The notes beneath the pieces are model-generated. The model saw only the letters and a program-made list of their open reading frames with translations, was not told the DNA's origin and searched no databases. DNA of 15,352 nucleotides from Planctomycetota bacterium. Its GTDB lineage: Bacteria > Planctomycetota > B15-G4 > JADJEK01. The stretch is from positions 1-15,352 of the forward strand of contig JBGAIQ010000084.1 of the NCBI GenBank assembly GCA_044225365.1. The letters run 5' to 3'. The position numbers were made by a program, and so were the translations under genes. This document shows positions 1 through 7,322 of the stretch, in pieces (positions within the stretch are counted from its first letter, which is position 1; every line of letters begins with the position of its first letter).

Positions 1-416
1 CTCGGAACCTTCGGAGGGAAGGAATGGATCGGGACACCGACCGCGAAGTCCTCGAAACCGTCATGGTCGAGGTCGCCGAGCGTCGCGATGGCGGCGCCGT
101 AGTATTGCCAGTCAGCGGGATCGCCGTGCGACTGCAGGATTGCGCCGCTCGCGCCCGAGAGCACGACGACCGAAACCGCGCTCGTCGGGCTGGCGTTCGT
201 CTCTCGCGCGAGCACGAAGTCGGAGATTCCGTCGCCGTCGAGATCCGCGATCGGCGCGAGTCGCGCGCCGAGGTGCTCGGTCGGCAGATTGGTGAACGAT
301 GCGATCACGGTCTGCGCCGTCGCACCGGCTTGCGCGAGGGCGAGGACCGCCACGGTCGAAGCGAGGATTCGATATCGGAAGCTGGGTTCGACGCACATTC
401 GAGGGTCGGAAGACAT
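1..416 (-). CDS. Secreted FG-GAP (integrin alpha beta-propeller) repeat protein, N-terminal part; runs off the left edge
   Basis: Not in the ORF track; translated by hand from ATG 416 (GGAG 7 nt upstream; alternative ATG 398): MSSDPRMCVEPSFRYRILASTVAVLALAQAGATAQ (signal-peptide-like), then HLGARLAPIADLDGDGISDFVLA and YYGAAIATLGDLDHDGFEDFAVGVP, two DxDxDG Ca-binding FG-GAP repeats. Confidence 0.85.
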   Translation of the reverse strand, partial: MSSDPRMCVEPSFRYRILASTVAVLALAQAGATAQTVIASFTNLPTEHLGARLAPIADLDGDGISDFVLARETNASPTSAVSVVVLSGASGAILQSHGDPADWQYYGAAIATLGDLDHDGFEDFAVGVPIHSFPPKVP

Positions 417-496
417 CGGGAGACTCCCACACGGAAGCGCCGCTCATGGCACGGCCCGATTGAACCACGAATCCGTCGGAGGTGGCGAGATTTCTT

Positions 497-802
497 CTAC
501 GCGTCCACCTCCAGAGATCCTCCGACGGCGCGACACGGGTAGACCTTGACTCCCCCGATCGCGGGCGGGCCCGCGTCGACTCCCGTGCGCAGCGAGAACA
601 GCGCGGCGTGCCAGGGGCACACCACGTTGTCTCCCTCGAGTTCGCCTTCGGCGAGCGACGCGCCCATGTGAGTGCATGCGTCGTCGATGGCAAAGCACTC
701 CGCGCCCTTGCGAAACACCGCGATCTTCTTGCCTCCCACGTCGAAGCACCGACCGCCGCCCTCGGGAATGTCCTGAACGCTGCCGACGCGCGTGAATGCC
801 AT
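497..802 (-). CDS. Rieske-type [2Fe-2S] ferredoxin (dioxygenase ferredoxin / NirD-like), 101 aa
   Basis: CTH...CPWH Rieske ligand motif (DDACTHMGASL...VVCPWHAALF). Start trimmed to ATG 802, with AAGGAG SD at 809-814 on the minus strand. Confidence 0.92.
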   Translation of the reverse strand: MAFTRVGSVQDIPEGGGRCFDVGGKKIAVFRKGAECFAIDDACTHMGASLAEGELEGDNVVCPWHAALFSLRTGVDAGPPAIGGVKVYPCRAVGGSLEVDA

Positions 803-878
803 GTCGATCTCCTTCGTAATGCGGCGCCCAAGAACCGATTCGTGGGCCGCGGCGCGAGAATAGCGTTCATTGCGCGCC

Positions 879-906
879 TTGCCCGCGACCTTCATGGCTC
901 TAACAT
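879..906 (+). promoter_or_regulatory. Putative sigma70 promoter for hflKC
   Basis: TTGCCC (879-884), 16-nt spacer, TAACAT (901-906) in the divergent ferredoxin/hflK intergenic region. Confidence 0.4.
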
Positions 907-979
907 CGGGCCTTCGATTCCATCCCGTTCGTGCGTCGCGACGCGGGAATTCCTAGCGACGACGCACAAGAGAACCGCA

Positions 980-1978
980 ATGGCAACGCTGCGCAGATTG
1001 GAGAATGGGCAGGGCAGTGGGCGCGGAGGCAAGATCTTCGCCGTCGTGCTCGCCCTGCTCGTCTTGGGATTCGTCGCCTCGACGTGTTACACGGTCGACG
1101 CCGACGAAAAAGTGGTCGTGACTCGCTTCGGGAAGTTCAAACGCCTCGCGGAGAGCGGCCTGCACTTCAAGCTGCCCTTCGGATTCGAGAACGCGACGCC
1201 GGTCAAGACGACGCAGCGCAAGCAGGAGTTCGGCTTCCGCACCGAGGGATTCACGTCGCGGACGGAATACTCGTCCGAGGACATGACGCGTCAGTCGCTG
1301 ATGCTCACCGGCGACCTCAATCAGGCCGAGGTCCAATGGATCGTCGCCTACGAGGTCCGCGATCCCGAGCAATTCCTGTTCAACGTCAGCGATCCCGAGG
1401 ACACGCTGCGCGCGCTCTCCGAGTCGTCGATGCGTGCGGTCATCGGCGATCGCAGCATCACCGAGGCACTGACGCTCGGCAAGGCGGACATCGAAGTCGA
1501 GGCGGCGAAGACGCTGCAAGAGGCGCTCGATCTCTACAAGTCCGGGATCAAGGTCGTGCGCGTCAATCTGCAGAGCGTGCTGCCTCCGGACGAAGTGAAG
1601 TCTTCGTTCACGGCGGTGAACGATGCCGAGCAGGAACGCGAGACGATGATCAACGAAGCGCTGCGTTCCTACAACCAATCGATTCCGGCCGCGAAGGGCG
1701 AGGCTCTCCAGGTGATCCAGACCGCCGAGGGTTACAAGCTCGATCGCGTCAATCGCGCGAAGGGCGAAGCCGAACGCTTCAAGAGCATCCTCGCCGAATA
1801 TCAGAAATCGAAGGACGTGACGAAGAAGCGCATGTACCTCGAGGCGATGGCGGACATCCTGCCCAAGCTCTCGCGGCGCGTGATCGTCGACGAGAACCTG
1901 AAGGGCATCCTCCCCATGTTGTCGCTCGACGGCGTCGCGCCCGGTTCGATCCCCGACGCGAACAAGGGAGGTAACTGA
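980..1978 (+). CDS. hflK: FtsH protease modulator HflK (SPFH/band 7), 332 aa
   Basis: N-terminal TM; YTVDADEKVVVTRFGK, GLHFKLPFG, MLTGDLN, AKGEAERF..ILAEYQKSKDVTKKRMYLE; directly followed by hflC. Start set at ATG 980 (the ORF-track extension is antisense to the ferredoxin). Confidence 0.93.
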   Translation: MATLRRLENGQGSGRGGKIFAVVLALLVLGFVASTCYTVDADEKVVVTRFGKFKRLAESGLHFKLPFGFENATPVKTTQRKQEFGFRTEGFTSRTEYSSEDMTRQSLMLTGDLNQAEVQWIVAYEVRDPEQFLFNVSDPEDTLRALSESSMRAVIGDRSITEALTLGKADIEVEAAKTLQEALDLYKSGIKVVRVNLQSVLPPDEVKSSFTAVNDAEQERETMINEALRSYNQSIPAAKGEALQVIQTAEGYKLDRVNRAKGEAERFKSILAEYQKSKDVTKKRMYLEAMADILPKLSRRVIVDENLKGILPMLSLDGVAPGSIPDANKGGN

Positions 1979-1979
1979 C

Positions 1980-2912
1980 ATGGGATGCGGACCCAAGGTT
2001 CTCGCCGTTCTCGCCCTCCTCGCCGTAATCCTGATCGGATCGTCGTGCTACACCGTCGGCGAATGGGAACAGGTGGTCATCACCCAGTTCGGCAACCCGG
2101 TCGGAGAGCCGATTCGCGACGCCGGTCTCCATTTCAAGATGCCCTTCACGCAGGACGTGCGCCGCTTCGACAAGCGCATCCTCGAATGGAATGGCGAAGA
2201 GAATCGCGTGACCACGCAGGAGGAGCGATTCATCTGGGTCGACACGACGGCGCGCTGGCGCATCCTCGACGCCAAGAAATTCCTGCAGGTCGTCGGCGAC
2301 GAACGCAAGGCACAGACGCGTCTCGACGACATCCTCGACAGCACGACGCGCAACATCGTGTCGGCGCACAATCTCATCGAGGCGGTGCGTTCGACCAATC
2401 GCAAGATGACGGAGAAGGCGGCGGACGACTCCCCCGAGGCGACGCCCGCCGAGAACGTGACTCTCGGCCGCGAGAAACTGATGGCGGCGGTCATCGCCAC
2501 CGCGAAGCCCGCGATCGAGCAGCTCGGCATCGAGCTCGTCGACTTCCGATTCCGACGGATCGAGTACGAGGACAACACGCGCAAGAAGGTCTACGCCCGC
2601 ATGGCGTCGGAGCGCAATCGCATCGCGGAACGGTATCGCTCCGAAGGTCGCGGCAAGCAGGCCGAGATCGAAGGCCAGAAGGAGCGCGACATGAAGCAGA
2701 TCACGTCGGAAGCGTTCCGCAAGGCCGAGATCCTGCGCGGCGAGGCCGATGCCGAGGCGACGAAGATCTATGCCGAAGCGTATGGCGCCGATCCCGAGTT
2801 CTATGCGTTCTATCAGTCGCTCGAGACCTTGAAGAAGGCGCTGCTCGGCGGCGACACGACGCTCGTCCTGTCGACGCAAGGCGATCTCATGAAGTACCTC
2901 GGAAAGCCCTGA
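1980..2912 (+). CDS. hflC: FtsH protease modulator HflC (SPFH), 310 aa
   Basis: VITQFG.P, GLHFKMPF, FDKRILEW, RMASER.RIA.RYRSEG, GEADAEATKIYAEAYGADPEFYAFYQSLE; GGAGG SD inside the end of hflK; 1-nt gap. Confidence 0.95.
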   Translation: MGCGPKVLAVLALLAVILIGSSCYTVGEWEQVVITQFGNPVGEPIRDAGLHFKMPFTQDVRRFDKRILEWNGEENRVTTQEERFIWVDTTARWRILDAKKFLQVVGDERKAQTRLDDILDSTTRNIVSAHNLIEAVRSTNRKMTEKAADDSPEATPAENVTLGREKLMAAVIATAKPAIEQLGIELVDFRFRRIEYEDNTRKKVYARMASERNRIAERYRSEGRGKQAEIEGQKERDMKQITSEAFRKAEILRGEADAEATKIYAEAYGADPEFYAFYQSLETLKKALLGGDTTLVLSTQGDLMKYLGKP

Positions 2913-2940
2913 CGCCGACGATTTCCTCTCGAGGCCTGAC

Positions 2941-3504
2941 GTGACCGATTCGAGATTCCTCTTCGGCGGCGCCGCCGCGATCCTCGTGATCGTCGCGGCG
3001 CGCGCCCTCCGCCGCAAGAACCGTCTCCGCGCGGCGCGCGGTGAGCCGGCTCCCGGAACGACCCCTGCCTCGCGCGAAGCGCTCGTGGCGGCGCTGCAAG
3101 CACTCTCGCCGCCCGAAGCGGCGTTCCAGACCCACGAGGAGGACGGTCACATCGTCGTGACCTGGCAACTCCATGGAATCCCGTGGGCGACGCTGCTGTT
3201 CCGTCGCAAGTTGCTGAAGACCCAGGCGCTCGAACTCCTGCTTCGCGAGGGAACGGTGTTCGCCCGGTATCGCGAAGGATCCGTCTCCTGGCAGACGGCC
3301 GCCGCGACGTGGATGCCGAAGGCGATCGTCGAATGGCGCCACCCCCGCGGATTCGACCCGGGACCGCCGCCCTCGTCCGCGGATCCGCCGCCGAAGCCGA
3401 CTGCGGAATCGCCGCGAACGTTTCAGGAACTCACTCGCCACGTCCGTCCGATCGTCGTCGCGTCCGGCTGGGTGTTCGAACCGGTGCTCGACTTTCCGGG
3501 CTGA
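2941..3504 (+). CDS. Hypothetical single-pass membrane protein, 187 aa
   Basis: GTG start with GAGG upstream, 28 nt after hflC; N-terminal hydrophobic helix followed by a basic patch (RRKNRLR); GC3-biased codons; Pro-rich segment near the C-terminus. Confidence 0.75.
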   Translation: MTDSRFLFGGAAAILVIVAARALRRKNRLRAARGEPAPGTTPASREALVAALQALSPPEAAFQTHEEDGHIVVTWQLHGIPWATLLFRRKLLKTQALELLLREGTVFARYREGSVSWQTAAATWMPKAIVEWRHPRGFDPGPPPSSADPPPKPTAESPRTFQELTRHVRPIVVASGWVFEPVLDFPG

Positions 3505-3540
3505 GACGGCTCTTTCCGGAAGATCACCTGAAGAACCTTG

Positions 3541-3569
3541 TTGGCAGAAGTCGATTTCGGGCTAAGAAT
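3541..3569 (+). promoter_or_regulatory. Putative sigma70 promoter for the first radical SAM gene
   Basis: TTGGCA (3541-3546), 16-17 nt spacer, TAAGAAT (3563-3569) in a locally AT-richer intergenic stretch. Confidence 0.35.
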
Positions 3570-3670
3570 TTGAGTTCGAGGTGCTCGGGCTTTCGGGGCT
3601 CGGACCCGACATGACGGGCACACACGGTCGCACGGTGATTTCGCCGCCAACCGAAAGTCGTTCAGGGCTT

Positions 3671-5209
3671 ATGGCAAGCAACAAGGTCGTCCTCTTCCTC
3701 CCCGCGCGTGTCGATCCATCGATCGGCGACCTTCCCGCGGCGGACTTGCAACCGCTCGAACTACTCCACATCGCGAGTCCGGCGGAGGCCGCCGGGTACG
3801 AAGTGGTCGTCATCGACGCGATGACGGAGCCGGACTACCTCGAGCAGGTCCTGAAGGCGTGCGAAGGCGCGATGTGCTTCGGCTCGTCGTGCATCCTCGG
3901 CTACCAGGTGTTCGATGGAGCGATGGTCGCGACGGAGGTGCGCAAGCGGTTCCCGACATTGCCGATCCTCTGGGGTGGCTGGTTCCCGTCCTCGATCCCT
4001 GAGCTCTATCTGCGCAGCAACATCTGCGACGCCGTGGTCATGGGCCAGGGCGAGATCACGTTCGTCGAGTGCCTGAAGGCGATCGACGAGAAGAAGACGT
4101 TCGACGACATCGCCGGTCTCGCGCTCCTGCGCAACGACAAGGTGGTGTTCACGCCGCGGCGCGCGGTCGTCCATCTCGATCAGCTCCCGCCGCCGTCGTG
4201 GCATCTGATCGACCTCAACAAGTACTACGCGTTGAACGCGATGACCGCGAAGAAGGGCCATCGCATCCGCAATCGCCTGCCCACGCCGGACCCGTTCAAG
4301 AACAAGCCCTACCGCGGCATCTCGTACTTCTCCTCGTTCGGCTGCCCCGAACCCTGCGAGTTCTGCTGCTCGCCCGAGATCGCGGGACGCCGCTGGGTCG
4401 CGCTCGATCCCGTGGTGCTCGTCGAGCGACTCGTCGAGCTGCATAGGAAGTGGCCGTACGACATCCTGCGCCTGCAGGACGCGAACTTCGGCGTGTCCGA
4501 GAAGCGCACCAAGATCTTCTGTCAGGAACTCATCAAGTCCGGGATCAACATCCAGTGGAACGGCACGATCGAGATCAAGCAGATCTGCCAGTACTCCGAC
4601 GAGACGCTCGACCTGATGAAGGAATCGGGCTGCCACCTCGGCTGGTTCGGCGCGGAAGCCGCGACCGACGAGACGCAGAAGCTCATCAAGAAGAACATCA
4701 AGGAAGGCCTCACCGACATCGCGATGCGGCGCATGCATGAGCGCAACATCCAGTCGGGTCTCACGTGGATCATCGGCTACCCGGGCGAGACTCCGGAATC
4801 GATGCGCACCACGATCCTGACGGCGGCCGAGATGAAGTGGAAGTACCCGAGCTGCAGCTCGGAGGTCTTCCCCTATCGGCCGATCCCGGGCAGCGGGTTC
4901 TGGGAACCGTCGCTGAAGCTCGGATACGTCGCGCCGAAGACCTTCGAGGACTGGGGCCGCTTCTTCGACTACAAGTTCAATTCCTGGTGGGGACAAATCC
5001 CGCCGGAGATCCAGAAACTCTGGAAGCGGTTCACCGTGCTCGCGCCGTGGTTCGACGGTCTCGCCGGTGGTCGCGGCCCCGTGAGCAAGATGATTCGGGC
5101 GTCCGCCGGTTGGCGACTCCGGAATCAGACGTATACTTTCCCGGTCGAGTTCAAGGCCTATGACGTGATTCGTCGCGTCGCGGGCGAGAAGTTCGCGCGC
5201 GCGATTTGA
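3671..5209 (+). CDS. Cobalamin-binding-domain radical SAM enzyme (class B-like), copy 1, 512 aa
   Basis: N-terminal B12-binding Rossmann-type segment (QPLELLHIAS, VVVIDAM, ILWGGWFPS, DAVVMGQGEITF); CxxxCxxC as GCPEPCEFCC; DANF; GAEAA; IIGYPGET; YRPIPGS. Start ATG 3671 chosen because it aligns with the paralog N-terminus. Confidence 0.93.
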   Translation: MASNKVVLFLPARVDPSIGDLPAADLQPLELLHIASPAEAAGYEVVVIDAMTEPDYLEQVLKACEGAMCFGSSCILGYQVFDGAMVATEVRKRFPTLPILWGGWFPSSIPELYLRSNICDAVVMGQGEITFVECLKAIDEKKTFDDIAGLALLRNDKVVFTPRRAVVHLDQLPPPSWHLIDLNKYYALNAMTAKKGHRIRNRLPTPDPFKNKPYRGISYFSSFGCPEPCEFCCSPEIAGRRWVALDPVVLVERLVELHRKWPYDILRLQDANFGVSEKRTKIFCQELIKSGINIQWNGTIEIKQICQYSDETLDLMKESGCHLGWFGAEAATDETQKLIKKNIKEGLTDIAMRRMHERNIQSGLTWIIGYPGETPESMRTTILTAAEMKWKYPSCSSEVFPYRPIPGSGFWEPSLKLGYVAPKTFEDWGRFFDYKFNSWWGQIPPEIQKLWKRFTVLAPWFDGLAGGRGPVSKMIRASAGWRLRNQTYTFPVEFKAYDVIRRVAGEKFARAI

Positions 5210-5358
5210 CGGGCATCGTTTCGTCGCGAGTGAACTGCGGTCCGGTCCGGTGCGAGGTAGAGAAACTTCGTACGGTTCGTTCGCCGTGACTCGTCCGCCA
5301 TCGAGCCGGTTCGCCGGTTCCCAGGAAGGCTCGTAAGCGAGAACGACATTGGATCAAA

Positions 5359-5378
5359 GCGACGGAATGGACCGTCGC
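5359..5378 (-). terminator. Hairpin, possibly a weak minus-strand terminator
   Basis: GCGACGG-aatgga-CCGTCGC perfect 7-bp stem; on the minus strand it is followed only by TTTGAT. Confidence 0.3.
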
Positions 5379-5468
5379 CTCACAGGCGCTGGTAGATGGG
5401 GTTCAGGACCATCGAGCCCGGCGTGGAGAAGTTCGTGACGCGAGAGGATTGAGCCTTTCGCGGGTGGT

Positions 5469-5564
5469 CGAGCGCGCATGCTCGGGGTTCGTCATCGCTT
5501 CGGTGCGATGACGAAGTGAGACCGCAAGCGGCAATGCCGCCTGCGGTCTTCGCGAGAGCTTGCG
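5469..5564 (+). other. Four near-abutting stem-loops directly upstream of the RBS of radical SAM copy 2
   Basis: 5469-5484 CGAGC/GCTCG; 5488-5515 perfect 11-bp TTCGTCATCGC/GCGATGACGAA; 5518-5550 AGACCGCA-a-GCGGC/GCCGC-c-TGCGGTCT; 5551-5564 CGCGA/TTGCG. Confidence 0.6.
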
Positions 5565-5579
5565 CGCAGAGAGGATCTC

Positions 5580-7124
5580 ATGGGCAGCAAGAAGATCGTC
5601 ATGTTCCTTCCGTCGCGCGTCGACCCCACGATCGGGGATCTCGCGTCACCGGACCTGCAGCCGAACGAACTGCTGCACATCGCGAGCCCGGCTGAGAAGC
5701 TCGGCTACGAGTGTGTGATCATCGATGCGATGGTCGAGCCGAACTACAAGCAGATGTGCATCGACGCCTGCGCCGACGCGCTGATGTTCGTGTCGTCCTG
5801 CATCCTCGGCTACCAGGTCTACGACGGGGCCGTCGTCGCGGAGGCCGTGCGCGCGAAGTATCCGAAGCTGCCGATGGTCTGGGGCGGATGGTTCCCCTCC
5901 TCGATCCCCGAGCTGTATCTGAAGAGCGGGTTCTGCGACGTCGTCGGGATCGGCCAGGGCGAGTCGACGTTCCCCGAGATCGTGCAGGCGATCGACCACG
6001 GCACGGACCTCGAGAAGGTCGACGGCATCGCGCTCCTGCGCGATGGCCAGGTGCACTACACGCCGCGCCGCAAGGTCGTGCAGATGAACGACCTCCCCGA
6101 GCCGTCGTTCCATCTCATCGATCTCAACAAGTACTATGCGCTCGCGAAGCGCCAGGCGCCCTACGGACGCCGCGTGCGAAATCGGCTCCCGAATCCACTT
6201 TCGCTGCCGCGCGACATGCCGCTCACGGGCCTGTCGTACTTCACGTCGTTCGGTTGTCCCGAGCCCTGCGAATTCTGCTGCTCGCCCGGCATCGCAGGCC
6301 GGCGTTGGGTCAATCTCGACGCCGACATCCTGGCCGATCGGATCATCGCACTCCACAAGAAGGCGCCGTTCGACACGCTGCGAATCCTCGACGCCAACTT
6401 CGGCGTGCTCGAGAAGCGGACGGCGCGATTCTGCGAGCGGCTCATCGAGTCGGGCATCGACATCTGGTGGAATGCGACGATCGAGATCAAGCAGGTCTAC
6501 CAGTACTCCGACGCGACGCTCGATCTGCTGCGCGATTCTGGCTGTCATCTCCTCATCACGGGCGCCGAGGCCGCGACCGAAGAGACGCAGAAGCTCATCA
6601 AGAAGAACATCAAGGAAGGCTGGACCGACCGCGCGATCGGGCGAATGCACGAACGCGGGATCCAATTCGGCGTCACCTACATCATCGGCTACCCGAACGA
6701 GACCGTCGAGTCGATGTACGAGACGATCTACGAAGCTGCGCTCATGAAGGTGAAGTACCCGACGTGCAGCTCGGAGGTCTTCCCGTATCGCCCGATCCCG
6801 GGGTCGGGATATTGGGAGCCGTCGCTCGAGGCCGGGTATCCCCCACCGAAGACGTTCGAGGATTGGGGCCGTTTCTTCGACTACAAGTTCAACTCGTGGT
6901 GGGGACAGATCCCGCCCGAGGTCCAGCGCACCTGGAAGAACTTCACGACGCTCGCGCCGTGGTTCGACGGCAACGCAGGCGGCAAGGGACCGATCAGCAA
7001 GTTCCTGCGCCAACGCGCGGGAGTGCGGCTGCGCAATCGCGACTTCCTGGGCAAGCCGTACGAATTCTCGGCCTACGACGCGATCCGCAGGATCGGCGGC
7101 GAGAAGATCGCCCGCGCGATCTGA
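5580..7124 (+). CDS. Cobalamin-binding-domain radical SAM enzyme, copy 2, 514 aa
   Basis: Same motifs as copy 1 (QPNELLHIAS, WGGWFPS, GCPEPCEFCC, DANF, GAEAA, IIGYPNET); collinear with copy 1 from end to end; AGAGAGGA SD upstream. Confidence 0.93.
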   Translation: MGSKKIVMFLPSRVDPTIGDLASPDLQPNELLHIASPAEKLGYECVIIDAMVEPNYKQMCIDACADALMFVSSCILGYQVYDGAVVAEAVRAKYPKLPMVWGGWFPSSIPELYLKSGFCDVVGIGQGESTFPEIVQAIDHGTDLEKVDGIALLRDGQVHYTPRRKVVQMNDLPEPSFHLIDLNKYYALAKRQAPYGRRVRNRLPNPLSLPRDMPLTGLSYFTSFGCPEPCEFCCSPGIAGRRWVNLDADILADRIIALHKKAPFDTLRILDANFGVLEKRTARFCERLIESGIDIWWNATIEIKQVYQYSDATLDLLRDSGCHLLITGAEAATEETQKLIKKNIKEGWTDRAIGRMHERGIQFGVTYIIGYPNETVESMYETIYEAALMKVKYPTCSSEVFPYRPIPGSGYWEPSLEAGYPPPKTFEDWGRFFDYKFNSWWGQIPPEVQRTWKNFTTLAPWFDGNAGGKGPISKFLRQRAGVRLRNRDFLGKPYEFSAYDAIRRIGGEKIARAI

Positions 7125-7141
7125 CAGGGCCGCCCACGAAT

Positions 7142-7217
7142 CGGTTGCGGGCGATTCCCCGGGGCCGGTCGTCAATTCCGACTCGCAAGTCCGAATTGCG
7201 ACGAATCGCCGCAACCG
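7142..7217. repeat. 76-nt long imperfect inverted repeat / hairpin
   Basis: CGGTTGCGG(G)CGATTC pairs with GAATCGCCGCAACCG; inner stem GTCG-t-CAATTC-c-GACT-cgca-AGTC-c-GAATTG-CGAC. Confidence 0.7.
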
Positions 7218-7223
7218 TCCCGC

Positions 7224-7252
7224 TTGCTCGCCCTTCAGGTACGGGCTACACT
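7224..7252 (+). promoter_or_regulatory. sigma70-type promoter of feoAB
   Basis: TTGCTC (7224-7229), 17-nt spacer, TACACT (7247-7252). Confidence 0.65.
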
Positions 7253-7263
7253 TTGTCGATCAA

Positions 7264-7280
7264 TTGAGAACGATTCTCAA
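7264..7280. promoter_or_regulatory. Fur-family operator (Fur box)
   Basis: TTGAGAA-CGA-TTCTCAA perfect inverted repeat; core TGAGAAC-G-ATTCTCA resembles the 7-1-7 Fur consensus TGATAAT-N-ATTATCA; lies just downstream of the -10 and upstream of feoA. Confidence 0.8.
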
Positions 7281-7322
7281 CATCACGCCGATCGACCCCG
7301 TCCCTCCCGAGCCGAAGCACCT

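Noticed and set aside
482-979. 166-aa N-terminal extension of HflK
   Set aside because: It is antisense to the ferredoxin gene plus intergenic DNA; HflK features start near 980
3541-3557. sigma54 promoter (TTGGCA)
   Set aside because: No TTGC at the -12 position
5367-5438. RiPP precursor MDRRLTGAGRWGSGPSSPAWRSS
   Set aside because: No SD, start codon lies in a hairpin loop, poor codon bias, and no protease, transporter or RRE genes nearby
5210-5579. Known cobalamin, SAM-I or fluoride riboswitch, 6S RNA, SRP RNA or tmRNA
   Set aside because: No B12-box or SAM-I core seen; GATGGGGTTC (5395-5404) resembles the fluoride 5' motif but the closing stem and 3' element are missing; GGGTTCAGGA has no nearby 6S-like partner; no tRNA-like ends
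3671-7124. Radical SAM duplication as assembly artefact or recent gene conversion
   Set aside because: Copies differ at many amino acids and at synonymous sites even inside identical peptide blocks
3761-7267. Long alternative-frame and antisense ORFs over the radical SAM genes (likewise over hflKC and feoB)
   Set aside because: Arg/Ala-rich or typical antisense composition, no motifs; explained by GC3 bias
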